From a bacterium (GTDB lineage: Bacteria; SAR324; JACQKK01): DNA of 64,000 nucleotides. How positions within the stretch are numbered: the stretch's first letter is position 1; each line of letters starts with the position of its first letter. The stretch is taken from NCBI GenBank assembly GCA_965240465.1, contig OZ251219.1:566681-630680 (forward strand), in the 5' to 3' direction. The notes below the pieces were generated by a model. The model was not told where the DNA came from and ran no database searches. It was given only the letters and a program-made list of their open reading frames with translations. This document shows, one piece after another, positions 19,451-30,028 of this stretch. The position numbers and the translations under genes are program-made.

Positions 19451-19927
19451 TTAAATTTCCCAGCATTCTTCCATTTCTACGCCATCAGCGGCATCTTCCA
19501 AAAATTTCATTCTCAGCAGGGTAGCTGGCAAAAATGATAAGGGACACGATTTCTCATTCAGTAGTTTAGCCGCCAGCTCCAGCACCGCTGGCAAATGTCC
19601 CACCAATAGTATTGACTGCCAAGCAGATTGCTGAAGCAGCTCCCATAACTGAGTGGCAGAAGCATGATAAATTTGCTCCTGAGCGTGCAAATCTACCCGC
19701 ATTCCTGTGGTAGCCATCAGCAATTGAGCCGTTTCCAGGGCTCGGGGAGCACTGGAACACAAAATTCCATCTACCTCAAGGCCTGCCTCCAACCAGCGTT
19801 GACCTTGCTGAACCGCTTGCTCTCGCCCCCGCTCGGTTAAACATCTTTGCCAGTCCGAAAGCCCAGCCTCAGCCTCAGCATGACGCATTAAAAACAAGTC
19901 TTTCATTCTTTTCTCTTTATCCCTCAT
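19451..19927 (-). CDS. Histidine-phosphatase superfamily protein, SixA-like
   Basis: LFLMRHAEAE (RHG-type motif), ..CLTERGREQA.., and SSAPRALETAQ. It overlaps the upstream gene stop by 4 bp, suggesting an operon. Confidence 0.65.
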   Translation of the reverse strand: MRDKEKRMKDLFLMRHAEAEAGLSDWQRCLTERGREQAVQQGQRWLEAGLEVDGILCSSAPRALETAQLLMATTGMRVDLHAQEQIYHASATQLWELLQQSAWQSILLVGHLPAVLELAAKLLNEKSCPLSFLPATLLRMKFLEDAADGVEMEECWEI

Positions 19928-21582
19928 AAGCCTTCTTGGACTGCACTAAGCAGGTCATCAAAGACCTTCCCACCGCGACGACGAAATTCTATCGCAAATT
20001 TATCATCCCAGTCCTGTTCGGTCTTTCGCCCTTGACCACTACGAACCAAAATCGGTCGCACTCCCAAAGCTGCTCCAGTTTGCAAGTCCGATAATTTATC
20101 TCCGACCATTACCGCTCCCTTCAGGCTGAGGTTCTGGGCTTTGCAAGCTTTGATCAGCATCCCAGCCCCTGGCTTTCTATCGGGATGATGACGATCCCAT
20201 GGAGCTTTGCCATCTATATGCCAAGGACTGTAATAAAGGGCGTCTAAGCTGGCTCCTTCCTGAGCTAAGAGATCTTGCAGGCGTTTATGAGTTTTTTGCA
20301 CAAATTTTTCGTCAAACAACCCCCGAGCTACTCCAGACTGATTGGTGACCATCACCAAGTGCCAGCCTTTTTGGCGAGCGAGCTTCAAAGCGGCTACGGT
20401 ACCCGATAGCAAGCCTAGCTGCTCCAGCTGGAGCAAATAGCCATTTTCCTTGATCAAAACCCCATCCCGATCTAAAAACAGCACCCGTTTATCCTCAGGA
20501 CTCGGAGGACTTGGGGGACTCGGAGGACTTGGGGGACTCGGAGGACTCGGAGCTGACATTCTCAGGGGCTGAAAGGGTCTTTCCTTAGTGATTTTCCAGT
20601 GCGACAAGGCATCCTGATTAAATTTTTCTAGGGACTGAGGGGATAATTTTTTCCAACGCCGATGTACCCAATAATATTGTCCCGCGAAGTCTAAGATGTC
20701 GGTTTCTAGGGCTTGAAAATAACGCTGGGAGTATTCCCAAACTGTCTGTTTGCGGTTCTCCCGTTCTGGATTTTTAAGATCTGCGATCGGCAATGGAAAG
20801 CGTCTAAAGCTCACCTTACAATGTAAGGGCTTCTTGTTTATGCAAGAGGTGTATAAGGTAGTGGCATTGGTAGCATTATGGATCATCCCGGCCCCAGGTG
20901 CTGCACTGCTGAGATTATCAAAAAAATTCACAAATAGTCTCTGCTTGGAAAAATGTTGGTCCGCTAAAAACAAAACCACCTTGCCTTTAGATAGCTCCCG
21001 CAATACCGACCTAATCCCTTCTTGTTTGGTAATTATTTGGCTATTTTTTTTATAGGCAAAGCCGTTCAGCAGTCGTCCTACGCGGGGATTTGCCTGAGCA
21101 TGCAGATAACTCACTATGGAAATTCCCAATCTCGCCATCATAAAGTGGATGAATTCCCAATTACCAATATGACCACTCAATAAGATAACTCCCTGCTTTC
21201 TTTGATAGGCCTCCAGTAATAAATCAAGATTTTCTACCTCAAAATGTTCTTTCCACCGCTCAGCGGGAATGCGATGCATCACCATAGCCTCCGTTAAAAA
21301 CCTTCCATAATTGCGGTAGCATTGTCGGGATATTCTGCGTTTTTCCTTAATCCCCAGGGCCGTTCCAAATACCTTTTCCAGATTTTCCATGGAACCTCGC
21401 CGACTAATTCCAAACCCATAAAATAGCATCCCCAGCCCATACCCGAGCAAATAGGCAAATCTGGCTGGAAATAACTTCACAAATCTATAAATCAACCAAG
21501 CTATCATCCATTCCAATAGCCGGCGAAATCTTCTTATTCTGGAGATTCCTTTAGAGATGTCTTTAGAGATGTTCTTCTTCAT
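19924..21582 (-). CDS. Fusion protein: LpxL/LpxM-type lipid A (lyso)acyltransferase N-domain + HAD-IIIA GmhB-like phosphatase C-domain, copy 1
   Basis: LLSGHIGNWEF (HxxxxE acyltransferase motif), an (SPP)5 linker, then VLFLDRDGVLI, MVTNQSGVARG, DRKPGAGML and VGDKLSDLQTGAALG (HAD motifs I-IV). Confidence 0.7.
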   Translation of the reverse strand: MKKNISKDISKGISRIRRFRRLLEWMIAWLIYRFVKLFPARFAYLLGYGLGMLFYGFGISRRGSMENLEKVFGTALGIKEKRRISRQCYRNYGRFLTEAMVMHRIPAERWKEHFEVENLDLLLEAYQRKQGVILLSGHIGNWEFIHFMMARLGISIVSYLHAQANPRVGRLLNGFAYKKNSQIITKQEGIRSVLRELSKGKVVLFLADQHFSKQRLFVNFFDNLSSAAPGAGMIHNATNATTLYTSCINKKPLHCKVSFRRFPLPIADLKNPERENRKQTVWEYSQRYFQALETDILDFAGQYYWVHRRWKKLSPQSLEKFNQDALSHWKITKERPFQPLRMSAPSPPSPPSPPSPPSPPSPEDKRVLFLDRDGVLIKENGYLLQLEQLGLLSGTVAALKLARQKGWHLVMVTNQSGVARGLFDEKFVQKTHKRLQDLLAQEGASLDALYYSPWHIDGKAPWDRHHPDRKPGAGMLIKACKAQNLSLKGAVMVGDKLSDLQTGAALGVRPILVRSGQGRKTEQDWDDKFAIEFRRRGGKVFDDLLSAVQEGL

Positions 21583-21652
21583 TGATCTTAAACGGGATCT
21601 TTAGCAATCTTTTTAATAGAGCCACCGATCTTCTTTTTATAGCTAAAACTAC

Positions 21653-23293
21653 TCATAAGCCTTCTTGGACTGCACTAAGCAGGTCATCAAAGACCTTCCC
21701 ACCGCGACGACGAAATTCTATCGCAAATTTATCATCCCAGTCCCGTTCGGTCTTTCGCCCTTGACCACTACGAACCAAAATCGGTCGCACTCCCAAAGCT
21801 GCTCCAGTTTGCAAGTCCGATAATTTATCTCCGACCATTACCGCTCCCTTCAGGCTGAGGTTCTGGGCTTTGCAAGCTTTGATCAGCATCCCAGCCCCTG
21901 GCTTTCTATCGGGATGATGACGATCCCATGGAGCTTTGCCATCTATATGCCAAGGACTGTAATAAAGGGCGTCTAAGCTGGCTCCTTTCTGAGCTAAGAG
22001 ATCTTGCAGGCGTTTATGAGTTTTTTGCACAAATTTTTCGTCAAACAACCCCCGAGCTACTCCAGACTGATTGGTGACCATCACCAAGTGCCAGCCTTTT
22101 TGGCGAGCGAGCTTCAAAGCGGCCACGGTACCCGATAGCAAACCTAGCTGCTCCAGCTGGAGCAAATAGCCATTTTCCTTGATCAAAACCCCATCCCGAT
22201 CTAAAAACAGCACCCGTTTATCCTCAGGAGTCGGAGGACTTGGGGGACTCGGAGGACTCGGAGCTGACATTCTCAGGGGCTGAAAGGGTCTTTCCTTAGT
22301 GATTTTCCAGTGCGATAAGGCATCCTGATTAAATTTTCCTAGGGACTGAGGGGATAATTTTTTCCAACGCCGATGTACCCAATGATATTGTCCCGCGAAG
22401 TCTAAGATGTCGGTTTCTAGGGCTTGAAAATAACGCTGGGAGTATTCCCAAACTGCCTGTTTGCGAAGCTCCCGTCCCTGATTTTTAAGGTCTGCGATCG
22501 GCAAGGGAAAGCGTCTAAAGCTCACCTTATAATGCAAGGGTTTCTTGTTTATGCAAGAGGTGTATAGGGTGGTTGCATTGGTGGCACCATGGATCATCCC
22601 GGCCCCAGGTGCCGCACTGATGAGATTATCAAAAAAATTCACAAATAATTCCTGCTTGGAAAAATGCTGATCCGCTAAAAATAGTAACAATTTGCCTTTA
22701 GATAGCTCACGTAACATTTGCCTAAGCCCTTTTTGTTTGAGTCTTTTTTGTTTGGTAATCGTTTGGCTCATTTTTCTAAGGGGTAAATTGTTGAGCAGTT
22801 TTTCTAAGAGAGGATTTTCTTGAGCATTCAAATAACCCACTATGGGAATCCCTAAGCCCGCCATCATAAAGTGGATGAATTCCCAACTACCAATATGACC
22901 ACTCAATAAGATAACTCCCTGCTTTCTTTGATAGGCCTCCAGTAATAAATCAAGATTTTCTACCTCAAAATGTTCTTCCCATCGCTCAACAGAAATGCGA
23001 TGTATTGCCCCTGCTTCTGCCAAAAACCTTCCATTATGTCGGAAACTTTGTCGGGATATTCTGCGTTTCTCCTTAATCCCTAGGGCAGTTCCAAATGCCT
23101 TTTCCAGATTTCTCAAAGATGACCTCTTACCCAGACCAAGTCCATACAAAAGCATCCCCAGTGCATACCCGATCAGATAAGCAAATCTGGCTGGACATGC
23201 TTTTACCAACCGAAAAAACGACCAGAATATCAGCCATTCCCCGAGCCAGCCAAGCCTTTTAATTATAGAGATTTTTTTAGATGTTTTTTTCAT
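21653..23293 (-). CDS. Fusion protein: LpxL/LpxM-type acyltransferase + GmhB-like HAD phosphatase, copy 2 (tandem paralogue)
   Basis: Same architecture as copy 1, with LLSGHIGSWEF and an (SPP)3 linker. The C-terminal half is almost identical to copy 1 at the nucleotide level. Confidence 0.7.
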   Translation of the reverse strand: MKKTSKKISIIKRLGWLGEWLIFWSFFRLVKACPARFAYLIGYALGMLLYGLGLGKRSSLRNLEKAFGTALGIKEKRRISRQSFRHNGRFLAEAGAIHRISVERWEEHFEVENLDLLLEAYQRKQGVILLSGHIGSWEFIHFMMAGLGIPIVGYLNAQENPLLEKLLNNLPLRKMSQTITKQKRLKQKGLRQMLRELSKGKLLLFLADQHFSKQELFVNFFDNLISAAPGAGMIHGATNATTLYTSCINKKPLHYKVSFRRFPLPIADLKNQGRELRKQAVWEYSQRYFQALETDILDFAGQYHWVHRRWKKLSPQSLGKFNQDALSHWKITKERPFQPLRMSAPSPPSPPSPPTPEDKRVLFLDRDGVLIKENGYLLQLEQLGLLSGTVAALKLARQKGWHLVMVTNQSGVARGLFDEKFVQKTHKRLQDLLAQKGASLDALYYSPWHIDGKAPWDRHHPDRKPGAGMLIKACKAQNLSLKGAVMVGDKLSDLQTGAALGVRPILVRSGQGRKTERDWDDKFAIEFRRRGGKVFDDLLSAVQEGL

Positions 23294-23573
23294 GAATACT
23301 AAACTAGACCTGCCGCAATCATTCTTAATCGGTCTTATTGTAGCTATTTACCTGTGACCACCCACCTATGACCACTTATTGTGGCTTATATCTTTCCCCC
23401 GCAGCTAGATCCCGCCGTAACTCCCCCTGATGGTTTCCCGCAGTGCATCTCATCCTACCTGCTGATCTCACCTATGGCAAAATAATAATGCTATGCTAAG
23501 CCAGCTCGTTGATATTTTATCAGCATCACTCCTGCAAAAAACAAGATGATAAGGACAAGGTGATAAGGAGAAG

Positions 23574-24557
23574 ATGATAAGGCAGGCAAATAAAGAAGAA
23601 AAACTGCTAAAAACACTGACCGAGCATGGATTATTAGCACCCAGTCGCTGTGTGTTGGCTGCCGTCAGTGGGGGTTCAGATTCTACTGCCTTGCTGGGTT
23701 TGCTGGATGGCTTAGCCAAAAAGCTAGAGTGGCAGCTAGAGGTGGTTCATTTTGACCACGGATTACGAGCCGAGTCAGCCGTGGACGCCCAGTGGGTGTG
23801 CGATCTGTCTGCCCGATTGAAGCGGGTTTGTCATCTAAGAAGGACTAAGCAGCTTGTCAAGTTATCTAGCGGGATACCTGCAGCTGCACGACGCTGGCGG
23901 GAAGAGGAAATGGAGAAGCTAGTGTTTCAACAGCAGGCTGCTTGGATTGCCAGTGCTCATCATCAAGATGATCAATTGGAGACCCTATTTATGCAGTGGC
24001 TGAGGGGAGTTCACCCTGCTCATTGGAGAGGAATTGCTCCTCAAAGAGGGAGCTGGATTCGTCCGCTATTGGAATGGAGTCGCAGTGAATTGAGGCAATA
24101 TCTGCATCAGCGTGGCTGGGATTGGCGGGAAGATTCTTCCAACCTTAATCTCGCTTATCGTCGTAACCGATTACGCTCCCTCATGCCATCCTTAAAGGAG
24201 ATAAGCGGTCACGGCTTGGAGGCTCGCCTGCTGGCAGCCCGAGAACAAGCCCTCAACTGGCAAGCTTGGCTATCCACCCTCCCTCCGCTCAATGCCAGCT
24301 CCCCAGAAGAAAAAGAAAATCACTGGCTAGAAATAGCCTCCCTGCAACAGTGGCCGCTACCCACCCAAACAGAAGGATTACGACAATTCATCCAAAAACG
24401 AAAACCAGGGCGTCTGGAAGCTTGTCATCTGCAGGCAGCTCTTCAGCTCCTGCAAAAAGGAAATCCCCACTGGCAACTGAACCTCCCCCATTGCCGTCAA
24501 CTGAGCAGAATCGGTCCTAAACTATGGCTGAAAACCAGTGCTCCCTTACTCCGCTAA
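23574..24557 (+). CDS. tilS: tRNA(Ile)-lysidine synthase
   Basis: PP-loop AAVSGGSDSTAL; 327 aa. Confidence 0.8.
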   Translation: MIRQANKEEKLLKTLTEHGLLAPSRCVLAAVSGGSDSTALLGLLDGLAKKLEWQLEVVHFDHGLRAESAVDAQWVCDLSARLKRVCHLRRTKQLVKLSSGIPAAARRWREEEMEKLVFQQQAAWIASAHHQDDQLETLFMQWLRGVHPAHWRGIAPQRGSWIRPLLEWSRSELRQYLHQRGWDWREDSSNLNLAYRRNRLRSLMPSLKEISGHGLEARLLAAREQALNWQAWLSTLPPLNASSPEEKENHWLEIASLQQWPLPTQTEGLRQFIQKRKPGRLEACHLQAALQLLQKGNPHWQLNLPHCRQLSRIGPKLWLKTSAPLLR

Positions 24558-24649
24558 AATACCTCGCGATATATTCCTTAAAAAATTCCCCTTTTTCTTT
24601 GCGATACCCTATAATAACAATAAGATATTGATTATCACTGTTTTTTGCC

Positions 24650-26515
24650 TTGTCCATTATGCCATCCTTTCCAAAAAAACTCTTCCCTAAAAAATCTTCA
24701 CCAAAAAGATCTTCACCAAAAAGATCATTGCCCAGCGGGCTGATAGTTTGGATAGCCATCGCTTTTAGTCTGGTGGTGCTTTTTAAGCTCATCAACAATC
24801 AGTCTAAGAACGCGGCTCACATTCCCTTCAGTCAGTTCCTAGATGAAATACAAGCCCAAAAAATAACCGAGGTAAAACTACGCGGAAAACAAGTCCTCGG
24901 CTTGTACCAAGACAAAAGCCCCTTTCAAACCATGATTCCCCTTCACTATGAAGACCTAGTTCCTGCTCTATTAAATAACGGTGTCAAGGTCAAAGCGGAG
25001 TCCTTACCCAAAAATAATTTGTGGCTAATTGCCCTCGGTAATTGGATACCCATTCTGCTGGTGGTCGGAGTGTTTTTCTTCTTAATGCGTCAAATTCAAA
25101 GCGGAGGTAATAGAGCCTTAAATTTTGGTAAAATTCGTACCAAAAAAGAACCCGAAAAACCAAAAATCACCTTCAAAGATGTAGCTGGCATTGATGAAGC
25201 CCGAGCTGAATTATCAGAGGTGGTGGAATATTTGCGAGAACCATCAAAATTTAAGAAGCTAGGTGGTGAAATCCCCAGAGGAGTTCTACTTATCGGATTG
25301 CCGGGTACTGGTAAAACCATGCTTGCTAAGGCAGTAGCTGGTGAATCGAAAGTGCCTTTTTTTAACATCAGCGGTTCTGATTTTTTGGAAATGTTCGTTG
25401 GAGTAGGTGCTAGTCGGGTACGAGATTTATTTCAGAAAGGTCGTCAAAATGCTCCTTGTATTATTTTCGTGGATGAAATTGATGCCGTTGGTCGTCAGCG
25501 CGGATCGGGGTTAGGAGGGGGACACGATGAACGCGAACAGACCTTAAATCAAATGCTGGTGGAAATGGACGGCTTTCCGCCTAATTCTGGAGTTATCATA
25601 ATCGCGGCTACTAATCGGGCTGATGTACTAGATCCTGCTTTGTTGCGACCAGGACGTTTTGACCGCCACGTACATATTCCTCTCCCTGATATTAACGGAC
25701 GGGAAGCCATCTTAAAGGTGCATACCACTAAGGTTCGCCTGCATGCGGACGTCAAGTTACGTAACATTGCGGCGGGAACGCCGGGTTTTTCAGGAGCTGA
25801 TTTAGCTAATCTGGTCAATGAATCTGCCTTGTGGGCTGCCCGCCAAAAAAAGAAGCGGGTATTTCAGGAAGATTTAGAATTCGCTAAAGACAAAGTATTG
25901 ATGGGACCCGAGCGAAAGAGCATGCTGATCTCCGATGAAGAACGCAAAACAACTGCTTATCATGAGGCTGGACATGCATTGGTGGCTACCCTATTGCCTG
26001 AGGTTTATCCAGTTCACAAGGTTACCATCATTCCCCATGGTCAGGCACTGGGAGTCACTCAGACCCTGCCTACAGAGGATCGTCATTATCACAGTCGGAC
26101 TGAATTATTGCAAACAATGGCTATGATGTTGGGTGGTCGGGCCGCTGAGGAACTTACTTTTAAGCACTTTACCACTGGAGCTTATGACGACATCAAAAAA
26201 GTGACCGAATTAGCCAATCGCATGGTGACTCAGTGGGGAATGAGCGATGCTTTTGGTCCGGTGAATTTAAAGCAGAGCAATGATGATTCTTCCCTCGGGC
26301 ATGATTTATTATCGCACTCTATTATCAGTGAAAAAACTACCCGTTTGGTGGATGAAGAGATTAGTAAATTGGTGAGTGCTTGTTATCAGAAGGCTATTCA
26401 GCTTTTAAGAAAGCATCGCAGTATCCTGCTTAAGATTGCCAATTTATTGCTTGAAGAAGAAACCATTGATAGCCAGAAGATACAGCAGTTAGTGAAAAAA
26501 GTTTCTCCTGTTTAG
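24650..26515 (+). CDS. ftsH: ATP-dependent zinc metalloprotease FtsH
   Basis: Walker [17 protein letters not shown] region, zinc motif HEAGHAL and an N-terminal TM. The N-terminus carries a 15-bp repeat ([13 protein letters not shown]). Confidence 0.95.
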   Translation: MSIMPSFPKKLFPKKSSPKRSSPKRSLPSGLIVWIAIAFSLVVLFKLINNQSKNAAHIPFSQFLDEIQAQKITEVKLRGKQVLGLYQDKSPFQTMIPLHYEDLVPALLNNGVKVKAESLPKNNLWLIALGNWIPILLVVGVFFFLMRQIQSGGNRALNFGKIRTKKEPEKPKITFKDVAGIDEARAELSEVVEYLREPSKFKKLGGEIPRGVLLIGLPGTGKTMLAKAVAGESKVPFFNISGSDFLEMFVGVGASRVRDLFQKGRQNAPCIIFVDEIDAVGRQRGSGLGGGHDEREQTLNQMLVEMDGFPPNSGVIIIAATNRADVLDPALLRPGRFDRHVHIPLPDINGREAILKVHTTKVRLHADVKLRNIAAGTPGFSGADLANLVNESALWAARQKKKRVFQEDLEFAKDKVLMGPERKSMLISDEERKTTAYHEAGHALVATLLPEVYPVHKVTIIPHGQALGVTQTLPTEDRHYHSRTELLQTMAMMLGGRAAEELTFKHFTTGAYDDIKKVTELANRMVTQWGMSDAFGPVNLKQSNDDSSLGHDLLSHSIISEKTTRLVDEEISKLVSACYQKAIQLLRKHRSILLKIANLLLEEETIDSQKIQQLVKKVSPV

Positions 26516-26573
26516 TATTGTGTTTCTCATTTTTTACTAGAATTATTTTAATTAACCTTCAGATTTAATTTTC

Positions 26574-27419
26574 ATGAGCTTACAAAATATTTCCTCTGTT
26601 TTTTCATATTTACACCCCATTGATTTAGTGGACATAGGTCTATTGGCACTGGTGATTTATTGGTTATTGACCCTCATTCAGGGTACCCGTGCTTTTCCTA
26701 TTTTGATTGGTTGTGCCTTATTACTGGGAGCTTATACCATGGCGGGTATTTTTGAGCTAAATGCCATCAATTGGTTGCTGGAGAATGTGTTTGGTTTTGC
26801 GGTTGTGATAATGACCGTGTTGTTTCAAGAAGACATTCGCAATGCCCTAGCCCGAGTAGGATTAACCACCTTACGCAGAGATGTTAGAGAGGGAACTCAA
26901 ACCACCGAAGACATTATTAAGGAAGTTCTCCAAGCTGCCCAGACTCTCTGCGGTTTGAAGATTGGAGCTTCTTTGGTATTTGAACGCGAAACAGGACTGC
27001 GTGATTACATTGAGAATGGTCGTCCTCTTAATGCTGATTGCCGAGCTGAATTACTGCAGGCTATTTTTCATCCTTCTTCGCCCTTGCATGATGGAGCTGT
27101 GATCATCAATCAGCAGGGAAAGCTAGCCGCCGCTCGTTGTATTTTGCCCTTGGCTGCCTTTCGGGTCAACAAAAACTGGGGCACTCGACATCGTTCAGCC
27201 CTAGGGCTCAGTGGAATAACCGACTCCGTAGTGGTGGTTATCTCAGAAGAACAAAGGAGCATCTCGCTAGCCTGCGACAATAAACTTTACCCCAATCTGG
27301 ATTCTAACCAACTGCAAAAAAAATTACTGGACTTGCTAGTCAAACAACCAAGCAAAAAACCTTTTATTTCGTCTATATCCAATGCCATTCCCCGTCCTGT
27401 CGTCCAAAAAACTCCTTAA
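26574..27419 (+). CDS. cdaA: Diadenylate cyclase CdaA (DisA_N domain, membrane-anchored)
   Basis: Three N-terminal TM segments. The DAC motifs are PLHDGAVII and GTRHRSALGLS. Confidence 0.85.
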   Translation: MSLQNISSVFSYLHPIDLVDIGLLALVIYWLLTLIQGTRAFPILIGCALLLGAYTMAGIFELNAINWLLENVFGFAVVIMTVLFQEDIRNALARVGLTTLRRDVREGTQTTEDIIKEVLQAAQTLCGLKIGASLVFERETGLRDYIENGRPLNADCRAELLQAIFHPSSPLHDGAVIINQQGKLAAARCILPLAAFRVNKNWGTRHRSALGLSGITDSVVVVISEEQRSISLACDNKLYPNLDSNQLQKKLLDLLVKQPSKKPFISSISNAIPRPVVQKTP

Positions 27420-28434
27420 GCTATGGCAAAAAACCAAGCGAGGAATCCCCTTGCTACGGCATGCACTGCTACCTAAATCCACCCATAACTTTACCCTTAA
27501 AATCGTTGCCTTGTTTATCGCAACCGTTCTGTGGGGCTTTGTCGCTTCTCAACGCCGCGGCAACAGTAGCGACATCGTCTTTACCCTACCAGTTATACTT
27601 AAAAACATACCCGTTCATTTGCAGGTGCTTAACTCCAATGTAGAAAGTGCCAGCGTCCTTATTAATCTAGCCCCAGGCTCTTCAAGCTCCATTAACCCAG
27701 CCCTCTTTCAATTAATCGTCAACCTGAAAGACTCACAACGCGGACCCACCGATAAACACCTCAGCCCTAGCAATCTAGTCTATAACAATCAGCCCCTCTC
27801 CAAAGATATGCGAGTATCCCGCATAAATCCCAATCGCATCCGAATACAACTGGCTGAAAGCATTGAACACCTAGTAAAAATCTCCCCTCGCCTGAGCGGA
27901 ACCCCCGCCAAGGGATTTAGCATCATTTCTACCCACTTGGAACCACCAGAAATAGTCCTTAGCGGACCGCGTTCCATCCTAGAAAAAATCACTCGGGTAT
28001 TCACCATCCCCATCAATATCAGTAACTTATCCGATAACAAGGAAACCAATTTTGAACTCCAATTACCTCAATATGTTCGCTTGTCGCAAAACGCTCCTCA
28101 AAAATTCCAAGCCCGCATCATCATCAGCGAAAGCCCCATCCGCCGCCTAAAATTAGACATCCCTGTGGTCTTTGAAAACGCCCGCCCTAATTTCCAATAT
28201 CAACACAGCGTCAACAAAGTAAATGCCTATCTGCTCGGAACCGAAAATAACTTCGAAAAATGGAACCAAAAAAACATCCACGCAGTACTGGATCTATCAC
28301 CCTATAAACCCGGTGATTACCGAGGACTTAAACCCCTGGTGCAATTGCCAGCTAATATCCGCGTACTAGAACAATGGCCTATCGTGGACTTGTTCGTAAT
28401 CAATCGCACAACCAATAATTCTGATGATAAATAA
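27382..28434 (+). CDS. cdaR: YbbR-domain protein (CdaR-like regulator of CdaA)
   Basis: Overlaps the cdaA 3' end. N-terminal TM, then repeated YbbR-like beta-rich modules. The call rests on position and architecture. Confidence 0.6.
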   Translation: MPFPVLSSKKLLKLWQKTKRGIPLLRHALLPKSTHNFTLKIVALFIATVLWGFVASQRRGNSSDIVFTLPVILKNIPVHLQVLNSNVESASVLINLAPGSSSSINPALFQLIVNLKDSQRGPTDKHLSPSNLVYNNQPLSKDMRVSRINPNRIRIQLAESIEHLVKISPRLSGTPAKGFSIISTHLEPPEIVLSGPRSILEKITRVFTIPINISNLSDNKETNFELQLPQYVRLSQNAPQKFQARIIISESPIRRLKLDIPVVFENARPNFQYQHSVNKVNAYLLGTENNFEKWNQKNIHAVLDLSPYKPGDYRGLKPLVQLPANIRVLEQWPIVDLFVINRTTNNSDDK

Positions 28435-28531
28435 CAAAATCCATCACCCAGGGAGGGCAAACTAAATCGTAATTGATAAATTCGCCCTACATCATCCCCA
28501 AAAAATTATTATCTATCCTCCATAAAACACC

Positions 28532-30028
28532 ATGAATAAAGACATTTTTATAAATCACACCGTCTACGAAACCCGAGTAGCCATAATGGAAAACGGATTG
28601 TTATCCGAAGTCCTACAAGAACGCCCCCAAGAAAGAGGCATCGTAGGAAATATCTATAAAGGCAAGGTACTAAAAGTTCTGCCCGGGTTAGAAGCTGCCT
28701 TTGTGGATATCGGGTTGGAAAAATCAGCTTTCTTGTACGTAGATGATGTGGCTACTGGGGTTACTTCTGAAGATCTATCAGAAGCGTCTCTTAATGGTAA
28801 TCGCGGTCGTGCTCGTAAGCAGACCGTTTCCATAGACAAGCTGCTTAAAGAGGGTCAGGATGTTTTAGCCCAAGTCAGTAAAGGTCCAATCAGTACCAAA
28901 GGAGCCCGCATTACCTGCCATCCTTCAATTCCTGGGCGTAATTTAGTCCACATGCCCACCATGGCTGGAATAGGAATTTCTCGCCAAATTGGCGACGACA
29001 AGGAAAGGTTGAGACTAAAGAAAATGTTAAATAACTTAAATCCGACCAATTCCAGCTTTATCGTGCGTACCGTCGCTGCTGGACGCAGTGAAGAAGAATT
29101 TCAGGCAGATATTCAATATTTAAAGTCTCAATGGGATGAAATTCAACGCCGTTTTCAAGAAGTGTCTTCTTCGGCATTAATTTTTCAAGAAATGGGGCTT
29201 ACCTTTCGTTTGTTGCGCGACCATCTTTCCGATGATGTCAAGCGGATACTGATTGATGACCATGATGAATTTGAAAGGGCTAAAACGTTCTTAGAAGAAT
29301 TTATGCCTCATCGCAAAGGAGTACTGGAACTTTACAAAAATGAAAAACCTCTTTATGATCACTACAACCTAGAAGAAGAACTGACCCGCCTCACCGCTAC
29401 CAAGGTTTGGCTCCCCTCAGGAGGTTATTTGGTGATTGATCATGCCGAAGCCCTAACCTGTGTGGATATCAATACGGGTCGTTTTGTAGGTAAGGGCAGC
29501 CATGAGGAAACCATTTTACAAACCAACCTAGAAGCCGTAAAAGAAGTCGTCCGTCAGCTGAAACTGCGTAATATCGGAGGCATTATCATCATTGATTTTA
29601 TTGACATGGAGAGTATTGCTAATCGTCAGTTGGTCTACAAAGATCTTAAAGAAGAGCTTAGCTTTGATCGGGCTTCTTCTAAAATTTTGCAAATTAGCGA
29701 GATCGGACTGGTAGAAATGACCCGCAAAAGAGATCAAGAAGCTTTTGATAAGCAATTATCAGAGGCTTGTCCTTATTGTGCTGGCAGTAGCAGAATTAAA
29801 TCTCTTAGCACCGTTTCACACGAAGTAATGCGTGAAATTGAACGCATGAAAAACAAGAGCAAAAGCAAGCAATCATTGATTATTAGGTTGCATCCCGATG
29901 TAGCCGATTATGTGACTTCCTTTGGCAAGAAGTACTTAGCTGAACTAGAACGGCAAGTAGATTGTTCGCTGAACTGGAAACCAGAACCTCGGCTACACCA
30001 TGAACAATTTGAAATCCTGGAGTGCTAA
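28532..30028 (+). CDS. rng: Ribonuclease G (RNase E/G family)
   Basis: S1 domain (GNIYKGKVLKVLPGLEAAFVDIG) and a catalytic core (VIDHAEALTCVDINTG, IGGIIIIDFIDM); 498 aa. Confidence 0.85.
   Translation: MNKDIFINHTVYETRVAIMENGLLSEVLQERPQERGIVGNIYKGKVLKVLPGLEAAFVDIGLEKSAFLYVDDVATGVTSEDLSEASLNGNRGRARKQTVSIDKLLKEGQDVLAQVSKGPISTKGARITCHPSIPGRNLVHMPTMAGIGISRQIGDDKERLRLKKMLNNLNPTNSSFIVRTVAAGRSEEEFQADIQYLKSQWDEIQRRFQEVSSSALIFQEMGLTFRLLRDHLSDDVKRILIDDHDEFERAKTFLEEFMPHRKGVLELYKNEKPLYDHYNLEEELTRLTATKVWLPSGGYLVIDHAEALTCVDINTGRFVGKGSHEETILQTNLEAVKEVVRQLKLRNIGGIIIIDFIDMESIANRQLVYKDLKEELSFDRASSKILQISEIGLVEMTRKRDQEAFDKQLSEACPYCAGSSRIKSLSTVSHEVMREIERMKNKSKSKQSLIIRLHPDVADYVTSFGKKYLAELERQVDCSLNWKPEPRLHHEQFEILEC

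Larger units (their letters stand above)
19924..23293. repeat. Tandem gene duplication with a 1729-bp offset
   Basis: Aligning 19924 onward with 21653 onward gives only a handful of substitutions over the first ~570 bp. About 98% identity holds over the next ~200 bp, then divergence increases toward the 5' halves. Confidence 0.9.
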
